A stretch of 51,928 nucleotides of DNA from Basidiobolus meristosporus CBS 931.73 (lineage: Eukaryota > Fungi > Basidiobolomycota). Shown one piece after another: positions 37,205 to 48,879 of the stretch. Location: the NCBI GenBank assembly GCA_002104905.1, contig MCFE01000624.1, forward strand, positions 1-51,928. Direction: 5' to 3'. Under the pieces are notes generated by a model, which was not told where the DNA came from, ran no database searches, and saw only the letters and a list, made by a program, of their open reading frames with translations. How positions within the stretch are numbered: the first letter of the stretch is position 1; every line of letters begins with the position of its first letter. The position numbers and the translations under genes are program-made.

Positions 37205-37515
37205 TTGTGAATTTTGTAATCACAAGTATATACTTGATTAGCTTGATCACTGAAATCATATTCTGTGATGCTTTGAATATCTAGTCCAAGCTCCTTGCCA
37301 GAATTTGCTTTGAGTATTTTTGAGTAACATTGGGCACAAAGACCACAAAAAGCTGACAAGTTTTCCAAGGACCCCCAAAGTTTGCACAAATGCTACCAAA
37401 TCTATCCTAAGCATACTCTATATGCTGGCTCTATCAATACTATGTAGAAGTGTAAACATTACTTCTACATTCAATAAACCGTTGAGTAAGACCAAAAAAT
37501 CTACTTTGTCAATGT
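37205..37515 (+). repeat. Diverged LTR related to the Copia family LTR, 3'-truncated
   Basis: Ordered similarity: AAGTTTTCCAAGGACCCCCAAAGTTTGCACA, AGTGTAAACATTACTTCTACATTCAATAAA and AATCTACTT versus the family's AAGTTGTCCAAACAGCCCCAAACTTTGCACA, AGTATAAATACTACTTTTACATTCAATAAA and AATCTACTT. Confidence 0.65.
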
Positions 37516-37557
37516 TCTGTGCAGGATTGTGGTATAGGTATAGTGCTTGCTCACCAT

Positions 37558-37830
37558 TGTTCCAATAATTTGGGAGATCCGGGAAGTAACTAGGGGAGCT
37601 GGCATATGATTCGGTTTCACCAAATGATTTATTGATACATGCATATATAAGATCCCGACAAAAATGTGTATTGGATCTCCGGAAAAGTCCCGAGAATGTG
37701 TGGGTATAGTTTAGGGTCTTTTGGACAACTTTGAGTTCTCATATCCGGGGTACCTGACATTTTGATGAAAGATATTCCAAGTGGCTAAGTTAACAAATAC
37801 ATTTCGGTGTAAATACAATACTCACTTATT
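37558..37830 (-). repeat. Inverted LTR related to the Copia family, CpG-rich
   Basis: The reverse complement contains TTGTATTTACACCGAAAT, TAACTTAGCCACTT, CAGGTACCCCGGATATGAGAACTCAAAGTTGTCCAAA and TCAATAAATCATT, and ends ...GGAACA. Confidence 0.7.
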
Positions 37831-40800
37831 TGTTTGACTTGAAATTTGGTTGAATTTTAACCCCTTGATTGCAGACTTCCACAAAACGTAGAGTCATCTA
37901 ACGTGTGCCGGTCGATACTTATTTATACTGTCATCAAATCTTACTGAACTGATAAAATATGCTTCAGATTTAGACTCGATTTTAAATAGCATTGATGAAG
38001 CGTGAAGTTGTATTGTATGCTAGTTTAGAGCCAGAATTCCCCAAAACTCCGAAATGATATTATGATTGTGACTAATGATGCGGGAAACCACGAATAAAAG
38101 TAATTAACAATGCTGTGATTTCATTACACCAACTGACAGGAGGAGCACACTTAGCTTCAGTAGCAGGCCAGGTATGCTTTGAAGGCCAAAAATGGCATAA
38201 ACTGGATGTATACATGAGCTTAATACGGGAGAACAGTGAAGTACCAAGTGTACTTTGATCACAAAAACCAGTAACTTATTCCCCGGTTGTTTAAACCTTA
38301 AACCATACATAGTGATATTTAACACTTGCGCACTGATAGGTGCTCTGGTTGAGGATAACAAGAAATGCACCTCCGGTGGATGCTTACAAAACTGCAGGTT
38401 CCATTTTGGAAATTGCTTATACTTTGTATCTCCATTGTTCATACGTTTAATATACAGAGAACAAGCCGCCTGTATTTAGTTGGGTACCACACCTTTCATC
38501 TGTGGTATATATAACATAGTATACATTCATCCATTGTCCGGCCGCGGTAGCAGTACAGATGTTTTGCGTAAATTACCCAAACGCAAGGGTTTAGTAAAGA
38601 AACAGTAAAAATCCCGCTGTCGGTTTTTGATTGTTTCTTCCGAGAGGAGCGTGGATACTTGGAATTCATTTCATTAATAGTCGTCTGTGCTAGGAACCAA
38701 TATCGCAGCTCACATTCTCGTTTTCATTTGGCGGTGGGGTTTGCTTGTCTTTGGATTTGGCGAATGGTCAAAAGATGGTTACTTTCGGGGGGGGGTCCAA
38801 ATGCTCACCAACCACGAAATCCCTTTTCTAGATAGTATGAGGTTCCATGAGACTATGCCCCAGCACTGAATGCTATGTGATAAATCATGCAGCCGAAATA
38901 GTATGATGTAGCTAGTCAAGGTATGGGCTATTCATCTATAATTATTCGATATTCTTACATGACGAATGGTATATACCGATCCTGATAAATATGGAATATT
39001 TCTAATCACCAAACGGAGTAGCGTGTCGTGTCCGGATACATAATGAGGCGCTAAACCAACTTCGTTCAAAAATAACCAGATTCGTGGCCATTCTGAAAGA
39101 ATGTCTAACAATAGTGATTGCGATCCAACAAATCGGAGTGCTTGATGACCTAATTCTCAGCACAGCATTCCAATTCTTACGAAATTGAATGGCATCAGGG
39201 ATCCCAGCTGATGGGCCAAGATGTCCAAAATGAACGAGTTTTCATCATTACTTTATCGTCCTCACTGCCCAGCGATTCTTCTTTATATGGATGTGAATGA
39301 AGTCAATGTTCCTTTTGATGGATTGGGTATGCGGAACGATGCTATTTGGAGACCATTACATGTTCTCAAGGTAATCCAGCTGTAATGTCGATACCCAAAA
39401 TGCTGTATGAGCTGTAGATTTGATACATGCCCGAAAATGTAGTCATAGTACTCCTCACATCTACCCCAGCCATGCATCCATCTGTGCTTGTTAGCGAAAG
39501 CTCCATTTCTGGCTGCCGGTCGATCGAGCAACGCCTGGACAAATCCTGGGCAACCAGGCATGGTTTCCTGGTAATGGCCATCAAGGCTTCGCCACGTAGA
39601 GAAGGTACCTCGATTAGTATCTGCAACAGCTCGTATATGTGTGGATGATTCAAGCGCTCGCCTCTACTTGTCCAGTAACTAGATGAAGACAAGCCCTTGA
39701 CCATAAACATATTGCCAACGAAATGGTGCCCATTCGCTTCTGGCTGGCATTGCCCTATCTAGCAACATGGCGTAACACAGCCAGCTGCCCACAAGTACCA
39801 GTATGATTCCTGGCTGATTGTAATAGGTTACTTTCCATGGCAAACGAAATTCTTTGAAATTTGGTGAGTGCATTGATTGGCTGATACGTTGAGTCATCCG
39901 TGGTTCGGACCTGATCTGCATGTGATTCTGAGCGTTGTGACTATCATTTGGGATTGATCGACACTGGAGGGCAGCTGCCAACAAAGAGCGGGCCTTTTAA
40001 CGCCGGGGTGAGTTGTGGATACGCAAACTCGTCTCCAGGAAGACAACGAGCGACCCACCCCAGGAGCCTTCTTTGTCCCCCAACCATCGGACAAAGAGTG
40101 CGGTACTTTATGCCCGCCAAAAAGTGGCAGCGAGAGTGGGGCCGATCCATGTGCCCTTCTGACTACATCGCCCGTTCACTGGGTTGTTTATAAGAATCGC
40201 GCCATGCTCGGTAGATGTCGATCCACGTGACCGGCAACATCCAACTACAAGCGACTTGCCTGATGACCTTCATCGGCTAGCAAGCGACAATTGCGTAGAC
40301 AAATGTCTGCCCCATCGACCGGTGGGGATTGCTGGGCAAGTCTGTAGCATCGAGGATATTGCTCAAGGATGGTTTCATCGGATCCGTATTTAGATAGCGT
40401 TCTCCGTCATAAGATTTTAAACTTCGGCCAACAGTGGAGTTCAAGATCTCACCTGAAACAATCAAGAACCTTCTAGGAGTCACGATCCGATGACCTCATG
40501 AGGCCGTCGAAAAAGGTTATCGAAGTTCATCTCGGCGGTTAGCACGGCTAGCCATCGGACATATATCCTAATCGGAACAGAGATCCAATGCCAAGAAGCA
40601 TTATTGGGGAGTGTTTTTCCTGGCACAGGGGATCCGCCATTGGGCCAGCGATGCCGAGATGATTCAGGTCTCCAACCCGCTCAATGTTTCCTAATTCGCT
40701 GCCGCTGTCGCTGGCAGCATCGCATGTCGAGCCCAAAGCCCGCAAACCTCGATTGCAATCATCCAGCATATTGGCGATGGCGTCCGTTGATTGGCCGAGC

Positions 40801-41468
40801 TGCATATCTGCTGGCAATCAACCCTGCCTCATTCATCTAATCAACACTGCTTCTACTGACCAGCTGACATTAGGCATTGTCGGATTGGCCGGCCCATCAG
40901 AGACTAAATTAAGAAGGCGATTCGGGAAAGCAAGTCATATCCATCATCGCTTGCTTCAACTGATACATCCCTGATGGGGCTGGCCAATCAATGGGGGCAC
41001 TGATAATTTTCGGGTAGTAAACCTACGTGTCATTTGCACCTCTCTGAATACCTTATTTGTGGGCCATCTCGATTTGACATTCTTGCGATTCGGATATTCG
41101 TCGGGTGCCATATATGGAGATGACCTAGTGAAGTGGTCGAAACTCTTTGGGGTCACAAAGTTGGGCACCCCTTGGCAATCGGATTTAGTGTGTGTAATAT
41201 TGTTTCAGAAGCGCTCAATCTATTCATATGATCTCCCAAAACCAAGGCGACTGGTGATCCCGGCTAGCGTATACACATTAATATAAATATACATATGGCC
41301 AACTCCAATGATTATTAATTCGGGCTGTCGGAATCCTTTAAATAACCACACCCTGCCCCTCGACTTGCTCACTTTTCCTTTGCTCTGTGGAACTAATTCG
41401 TTCAGGATTTCCTACTGACCCAAACGCACAACTCCCACAGCCATACATATCCTATTGTTCGAGCACAT

Positions 41469-42596
41469 ATGATGGTGCCAGCCCAAGATCTTAACCAGCC
41501 TTTTTGCTCGGATTTCACTCTTTTTGATGACGATAACTTAGCTAAGAATCTATACAACATGCAACAACAACAACAACTTTTCAATAACCTGAATATGGCG
41601 AAATCCGAAGACTTTAGCCAATTCTACTCCAACATTAACTCAGATTTTACCCTTTTTGACCATGACTTCGAAGTGCCTGTCAACGACCCGCAGAAGTTAT
41701 CCGGTTTGCCTGTACAACCGGAGGCTCCACAAAGCGTCGACTCGGCATTCCCACCCGTGAAGCAAACCCCACAGATGACTGACATACCAGCCTTCACACA
41801 ATCCACTGAAAACCCCGACATCGTCGATTTCGACTTCATGTCTTCGTTTGCTACACCATACACCCCATATCAGTCCGATTTTTCGGGCAACAATTCCCTG
41901 ATAAGCCCTTACACGCCGTGTGCACCATACACCCCGGTGTATCCAGTGCTGGATTTCGCCCCCACACCGTATATCGGTGACGGTCAGATCGATTCTAGTC
42001 CAGCGCAATCTACTCCGTTCCTCACACCACAAATCGATTTCGAGCAAGGAAACTTTGCCTCGGTACCCAACCTACCTCAAAGCAACTCCATGCCCAAACC
42101 ATCCTCGTTCGATATGTCATTGTACTGTAAGGATGGTTCGTACCACGCCGATGATGAGCCATGTGACGACCGTTTACCGGTCCTAGTGGCTCCTTTGGAA
42201 GAGGTCACCGCGTACCACCAGCGCTCCGATGACCCTACGGAATCTAATCCCTCGAACGACATGCCTCCTTCTAAGAAGGCTAAGAAAGATGTGTCCTTCA
42301 CACGACCGACTGCGCCAAACGAGAAGAAATACGCCTGCGAGGTATGCGGCCTACGGTTTGCCCGAAAGTTCAACCTCAACGTTCACGCTCGTGGTCACAA
42401 TCCCACCCTGGCCAGGCCGTTCCAATGCACCCAGTGTCCGAAAGCATTTGGTCGAAAGCACGACCTCAGTAGACACATGGCAACCGTTCATAACGGAGAA
42501 CGTCCCTTCAGCTGCGACACATGCCATAAGTGCTTCTCACGGAAGGACGGACTGCACCGACATCTCTTAAAGGGATGTCCTGGACATGGACAATAA
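41469..42596 (+). CDS. C2H2 zinc-finger transcription factor (three C-terminal fingers), 375 aa
   Basis: Fingers YACEVCGLRFARKFNLNVHARGH, FQCTQCPKAFGRKHDLSRHMATVH and FSCDTCHKCFSRKDGLHRH; GERPF linker; basic patch PPSKKAKK; acidic/Pro/Gln-rich N-terminus. Confidence 0.93.
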   Translation: MMVPAQDLNQPFCSDFTLFDDDNLAKNLYNMQQQQQLFNNLNMAKSEDFSQFYSNINSDFTLFDHDFEVPVNDPQKLSGLPVQPEAPQSVDSAFPPVKQTPQMTDIPAFTQSTENPDIVDFDFMSSFATPYTPYQSDFSGNNSLISPYTPCAPYTPVYPVLDFAPTPYIGDGQIDSSPAQSTPFLTPQIDFEQGNFASVPNLPQSNSMPKPSSFDMSLYCKDGSYHADDEPCDDRLPVLVAPLEEVTAYHQRSDDPTESNPSNDMPPSKKAKKDVSFTRPTAPNEKKYACEVCGLRFARKFNLNVHARGHNPTLARPFQCTQCPKAFGRKHDLSRHMATVHNGERPFSCDTCHKCFSRKDGLHRHLLKGCPGHGQ

Positions 42597-43271
42597 TCCC
42601 ACACAAACATAGCAATCCCTTCACAAATTGTATTTTACACTTGGTCAACGAACCCCATCATACTTCGTTAATTCCGCCCTCCTCCCTTTCCTTCCCCGAA
42701 ATGTATTCTGCTCCATGGTTTTTTTTATTTACGAGAACGAGAATATACGCAACTGTAAAATAGTAGTCTTTCTGTACATCGATCCATCTCCCTCCCCCCT
42801 CTCATGTAATTTTGTTTACTTGGCGTGTGATCAGCAAAAGCAATATCATTAAACGATCAATAATCATTAAACAGTATTGGTAGGAGCCAAGTTTCGATCA
42901 TCTCTCCCCCCCCCAAATTCTCACGGGGAAGTATATCGGGAATCACCTGTTCAGTCCAGTAAGCTGTATGATCAAGGGGATCTATACCCCTAAAGCCTAA
43001 AACGCTCATGCTCATGCCCATCACGTGCACGCAATGTTATACATAAAGATCCAAACGTTTATTCGAAACTTTGAAAACGTACTTACATAGATAATTAGGA
43101 GGGGATTGGGGAGGGAAGAGCGGGGACGGGAGGACGAGTGCATGAAGTTGAATGAAAGGGGTTTGGGGATGGGGATGGGGCTGGTGTTGGTGTTGGTACA
43201 GGTCTTGTCAGATGCGGGGACGACCTGGTGGGGTAGGGGTTGCGACCGAGGGTTGGGCGCGCACACCTGGT

Positions 43272-46200
43272 CTAAACGAGGAATCCTTTGACCACGACGG
43301 TGGGCACCAGAGTCTGTTTCTTGAACTGCCCGGAGTCCACCGCCTTGGGACTGCTCACATCTTCCTTCCACACCGAGTTGATGTTCTGCAGTTTGGGTCC
43401 TTCCGTGGGATCCGCATCCCTCTTCCCGTTCACCGGTACGGTCACCGTAAGCTTCCCGGGTACGATCTGTACCATCTCGCTGTTGGAGTCCGCTGGTCGA
43501 TCCAGGAGTTCTAGGGTGTCCACATTCAGCTCCACGTCGAACAGATCTATGACGAATCTCCTGGCGGTGATACGGAAGTGGTAATGGCTTAATATACGAA
43601 CCACCTCGTAGAACAAGGAGGATCGGGTGAAGTATTCCGGCTGATCGTGCTTCAACCTGTTCGAAAGCGAATCAAAGATGGGTTACTGTTGGATCGTGGG
43701 CGGAGGGGGGAGGGGCTCGGGCTCGGGCTCAGGCTCAGGCTCCCCGAAGATGGAACATTTCCCACTTACTTGGTCAACACCCGAGAGCTAGAGTTCGCCA
43801 GGATATGGTTGCTAAGGTTCCCTATGTTCCGCAAGATCTCTACCTCCGTTTTGTCCAGGTTCAACTCCGGGTTGAACGGATCGTATTGTGACTGCTTGCC
43901 TTGGAACTTCCATGGGGGAAGCTGGAAGTCGATGGGAACAGGGGTTAATCGTATGATACTGAATCTCCTCGCCTCTTCCTACTTACCATCAGGAATTTAC
44001 TAGGGTCCTCTGGCACGCATAGCCCCCGAGAGGTTCCCAGTGCGATGTTGGCGGTTTGCCAACCGAACTCCTCCAGTATGTCCGCCCCTTGTGAGGATCG
44101 CGAAATCAGCCCTAGTACATAGTAGCCCGTGCTGGTGGGATTTCCAGGAGTGAGGGAGGGGGGGGGGAAGGATAGGGTTAGTGGGGGGTGGTGTCGAATT
44201 AACCGTGTGCTCGACTTAATTACCCTCTAAGAGATAGTACGGGGGAGTTCTCCGCGATGTCCACGATATTCTTGATCACGTCTTCCTCCTCCAGGAATCG
44301 CAATCCAATCTTCGTCGATCCGATGTGCCCCTAAAAAGGTTCCTACTGATGAGTGCACGTCCTCAATGTGGGTGGGCCAACTACGCCGTCAGTTCGGCTG
44401 GAACATACCACTGCCCACAGTATGGACTTCAGCTCGAGAATGGCGTGCTTGTCGCCGAAGTCGATCGAATAGGTGCGAAGGAATTCGGCGAAGTGCTTGA
44501 AATGACCTTTCTTGCGGAGAAGATCGCAGCCTTCCTTGGTTCGCGTTAGCCCGCCATAGAAATGGGGTGGGGTGAGCAGGACCGCAGGTCTAGTTGGTAA
44601 GGGAAATCATTAGGGTAGACCTCCTCAAACACAATCACAAGCAATACGTACGGATCGGGCTCTGGGTCCACATCACCACTGTCGAACTTCCCTGTGGTGG
44701 GGCTTTGAACGGGCGGAGCTGGGTCATTACTTAGCGCTTTCGACAATGCAAGCTCGAGATGGATGACATAGTTCTTATTGCGTCGCTAAGTTGCCAGCAT
44801 CGTCTGAAAGTTAGCTCAAATGATCACCGAAAATGCCGCTACATCACCACCACAAACCTCAAACCAGTCTTCCATTTCCGATTCTATGTAGTCCAGTTCA
44901 AGCAGATACCGGAATCCTGTAGAGGTGGATAGAAATCTGGCTCCCTGTCAGTCGGCATGTCACATAACTCCAGGTCAGCCTCGTATCGAATATTACCTTA
45001 ACAAAAGCGGGTTTCCGATGTCGCCGAGGTGCTCTAAACTTGGTCGTAATCGGACCAGGCTCTCAAGATTCTGTTGGTTCTTGCATGCTTCATCCAGAAC
45101 CTTCACTGCCATCTCGCACACTTCGACCGACGGGTCATACAGCTTAAAGAGATGTGTTGGTGGCCTATTATGAATGGGGAACAAACGTGGCTGCTTACCT
45201 GGGTGATCAACAGTCTAATGGCCCACTCGTTGAACTCATTACCGCTGGCTCGAATGATCGTTTGAAGGTATTTGGTAGCAAAAAGTCGGATATGCTTGCG
45301 TAAAGAGTTAACATGCTGCTGGCCATGGAGTTAAGTTGGTCGATGCTGAATCGATACCTTGTATGCGGATGTCATGATTTTAGATAAGATTATGCGAGGA
45401 TGGCCATCCCTGAGAATATATATGAATGAGTAAGAGTAGATGTGAATCTCAGACAGCTCACGCACATGCTATAATCCATGTTCCCGATGATGGCTCTGAT
45501 CAAATCGTCCCGACTGCGCAATTCACTAAGGTGGTAATACAAACTGAAGATCTTGAATTGCTCCATCAGCCAAACCCCCTCACTGTGCTGGCATAGTGTG
45601 CCTAACAACGTGAAATATCCGGATGTCAGGGTGGCTTCCATTCTCTCTCTTGAGAACATCGGCTCCTCTTCGGGGCTTCCATACACCTAGATACCCATGA
45701 ACTAGCGTCAGAATGCAAGGGCCCATTAGAAAAGTGTACAGCGCTACTAACGGGATCCAGCTGACTAAGGCACTCGCGGATCTGGCGTAAGAATTTGTTT
45801 TCGGATAGATATCGCACCCCCTCGGGGTTTGCCAGTAGTGTGGACATTAATGCGCACCCAATGTCCACGTACTGCATGTTTTTCTAATAAAGCTGGTGAA
45901 TTAGGCGGTGTCGAAAGAAACCACCCTCGCGAACGCTCAGCCTACCTCCGTTTTGGGAATGTTGGAGAATAATTGGTAAGATGGCCGGTAAAAACAAATC
46001 AGTCGTTTCAAGAATTTCGTGCCCTTTATGGCTTCCTCAAGACGCTTGGCGTTCAGCAAAGGGCCTTGGATTAGCTCCAAGATGAGTTCCCAATTCCACT
46101 TCGTGTACTCTTTTTCGCTAAGAACCTGCGTGTCGTTCAGCATATTCCTGAATTGCAAGTCGTCAATCTGTTTGCCCACTCGGATCTTCGCCTGCTCCAC

Positions 46201-48158
46201 CTGACGCTGCTCGCGGTTTTTTAGTTTCCCAGACCTGTACGGCGGTATATTAATACAAGTCTATGACAGACCGGTTGAATAGACATCGCAGAATTTACCT
46301 ATCTGCAGCACCGTTCACTGAATGTTGATCTAGTCTTCGCATATTATCGATCTGGCTTAGTGCGTCTGTGGCCACGTGTCGAAGCTTCTCGTCACCAAAA
46401 CTAGCAGCCATTTTAAACAAGCGTGGGAGTGCCTGTTGCATCCGTGAAGTTAGGATTAGAGGTATGCGAGAGGATTCACAGAGAACCCCACCTGTATCTT
46501 GGGCCCGTAAGAACCAGGTAGCAGTCGATTTCCAAGCTGTAGTACTTGGGCAACTAGTATGGTTGCAACCTCAGATGTACTCTTGCTCTCACTTTCAATC
46601 AGCTCGATGAGGATCTAGGCAAATAGATGAGCACCGGGGCAAGGCGATGTTCATAGAGATTGCTACACGAAATCTACCTCAATGAGACCAGCGTCAACGA
46701 AGAGGATTAAAAGTATGGCCAGGTGGTGTTCCACGAGGTCCAGGCCATTGCTTGTTTTGGGGCCACCTGTGGATTGGATGTATACTTCGACGGCCGGGGT
46801 TAAAGGAATTCGTGAAAAGGTGGAATAGGGTGGCTTACTTTGATTCAACTCCTTCATTGCTCTAGCGGGATTTTTGGGGTATTTGAACCGAAACAAGTCG
46901 AATAACATTTCTAGTACAATTTTCTAAAATCCTGACATTAGTTGCCTGTCTTATTGGCGAGAAGTCCATGTGTCCATAAAAACCTTAGTTTCTTTAAGAG
47001 GGGACTTTAATGAGAGTATGATGGATTTGATGGCCTTCTTGCTGTCCATAGAGAGATAGATCAGACCTGTTTGGGATTTTCGTTAGTCAGCGGAAACTTT
47101 TCTGCGTGTGTGTGTGTGTGTACTTACCCGTCCATGATTTCAAATAGGTGGAGACGATACGAGCGTGTGATTTCAGTCTCTCTTCATAGCCTTGAGCAAG
47201 TGTGTATGTATCGGTGAAGCTCGATATAACCATCTGTCGGGAAAAGTTTAACGCAATCGGTTGAGCGCGAGCCACTTGTGAAATATACGACAATTCCTAC
47301 CTCCAAATCAACTGCAGGTCGTATAAAGACACGACTTTGTGGCTTATCCACGATATAAAGCAAGGTCATAACTAAAGGGTCTATAATTTCTTTTGGACCA
47401 TCCATCAAAGCCTGTAACACCACCCTGACTCCTCCACAAGACACAACCAACTCTACATTCTGGATCACTGGTGAGGAAAGGAAGATCAGTAATGTCCACG
47501 CTAAGCATAAATCAAGGCAATGATTACTTAGTTCACACAGAGTCTCCAGACACACCAGTCTTATTCTATCGTCTGGCTGCTCGGCGATTGCTATTAATGC
47601 CCGAACTATTCCGGGCTTGATAAAGCTGGTCTTGTTTGCACAGCTGATTAAGCCTCTAGTCAGTTTCAGAGCTTGCTCGCGCTCAGGATCGAATTTTTGG
47701 TCCCTCATTAGAGTTCTAAGTAAAGCCAAGCGTTAGAGGGCTGAATGGGTCTTGTATATATCATGCAATCTTGCTCCCTTGCGAAAATTACCTTATTATG
47801 AACAGGTCAAAGTGGAACTCGAACATCAATTGGGGGGAATGCGGGCTTGTCAGTAGATATCGGCATATGCGAAAGCCCATCCACCGAATCTCCTTGTTTT
47901 GCTCGACTAAACATAGACGTAAGCTTCAGGGGAAGGAAAGCATTAGTTTGCCGGGATGGGCCAATAATTCCTTGGTCAAGATTAAAGTACTTGCCTCTTT
48001 ATGACGGTGAGAGTTTGTTCTTGGCTCAATTTGTGAGCTTCGCGCTTCATCAGTTCAGTTAAAACAATCAACTGCTCAAGACGTTCGTGCTCAGGTATCT
48101 TTAAGTCTCCAGATTTTTTAGCTACCTCCTCGAGGTGGTCATTGTCAATAATAGTCAT
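43272..48158 (-). CDS. RICTOR: TORC2 subunit RICTOR (Avo3/Tsc11/Ste20), about 22 exons
   Basis: Manual splicing gives in-frame Rictor motifs EREQALKL, WAIRLLITQ|LYDPSVEVCE, PPHFYGGLTRTKEGC, LKSILWAV|GHIGS, LSLRG|TGYYVLGLISRS and LSHYHFRITARRFVIDLFD. No frameshift was seen; the start ATG at 48158 is inferred. Confidence 0.93.
43712..43742 (+). repeat. Intronic hexamer microsatellite (GGGCTC/AGGCTC, about 5 units)
   Basis: GGGGCTCGGGCTCGGGCTCAGGCTCAGGCTC in the last RICTOR intron. Confidence 0.8.
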
Positions 48159-48879
48159 GCCTTCTAGCCGCAATCAGGAGGATAAATTGGATAGGATGAA
48201 AAATAAAATGTTCTTGAATAAATGCGAGTTATTGGAACCTCAGGAATGAGTTAGATATGGTTTGCTTCTGTGCAGAATGAAGGATGTTTCCCGCCGGGAA
48301 AATATATATTCTTCTCTATTAGTTATACGGGAATCACAAAAGCATTCAAAAAATAAAAGCAGTCAAAAGCTTCCCGAGTTGAGATTTGTCCGATGGCTTC
48401 AGGACTTGTAAGAAACAGAGGTTGGTTAGCGACGTGGTTCCTTGCTTACTGGAATAATCCACTTTTCCAGGGTCTGCTGAATTTCCAGAGAAACTTAACT
48501 ATTCTGTTTATCTCATGCTAGTGATCCTAGGAACATTCTAAGCCTTTATTGCTTGATGTCGGGACATCATTGGTTGAGAAAGCATGCTGAACAAAATAGC
48601 TTAATCATGACATTGATGACTAAAGCGAAGCCTATATGCGTCCCAGGGAATTCCGCAATCTTGATGGTATGGCGCTCTGATAATGTTATCCAATATCGTC
48701 GTATTTGTAATCTCGGTAAATATACGGATACACGGACTTATTTCCCAAAAGCAACCTTGGCCCCAAGTACGACCGTTTCAGAGGCTTTACGAACCTTACA
48801 CCAACAACGATCGAACTCCTGATCAAATCCCTCAGACACTTGACTTTTCTATACCCCTGTGAAGTTTTGGAACGCAAGT

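Noticed and set aside
14946-37550. Ascomycete-type RIP (CpA to TpA) as the cause of TE decay
   Set aside because: CA/TG dinucleotides remain abundant and the loss is CpG-specific. Only a few CpA-context changes are seen (for example TGG>TAG and CAA>TAA in copy B).
37546-37557. ATGGTGAGCAAG on the minus strand, identical to the EGFP start
   Set aside because: A 12-nt chance match with no further GFP sequence; not vector contamination.
39283-39710. HTA...WSPNS and AFANKHRW resembling Tc1 motifs; LNHPHIYELL resembling a kinase
   Set aside because: The motifs lie in different frames with wrong spacing, and no supporting catalytic residues were found.
40780-40990. Three CCAAT-like boxes (GATTGG/CCAATC) upstream of the C2H2 gene
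   Set aside because: Short motifs 480-690 bp from the ATG cannot be distinguished from chance without conservation or ChIP data.
41624-44003. Antisense and alternate-frame ORFs over the C2H2 gene and RICTOR 3' exons (also over GGC1, the arrestin and the DUF4203 gene)
   Set aside because: Shadow ORFs expected from GC-rich coding sequence, with no independent motifs.
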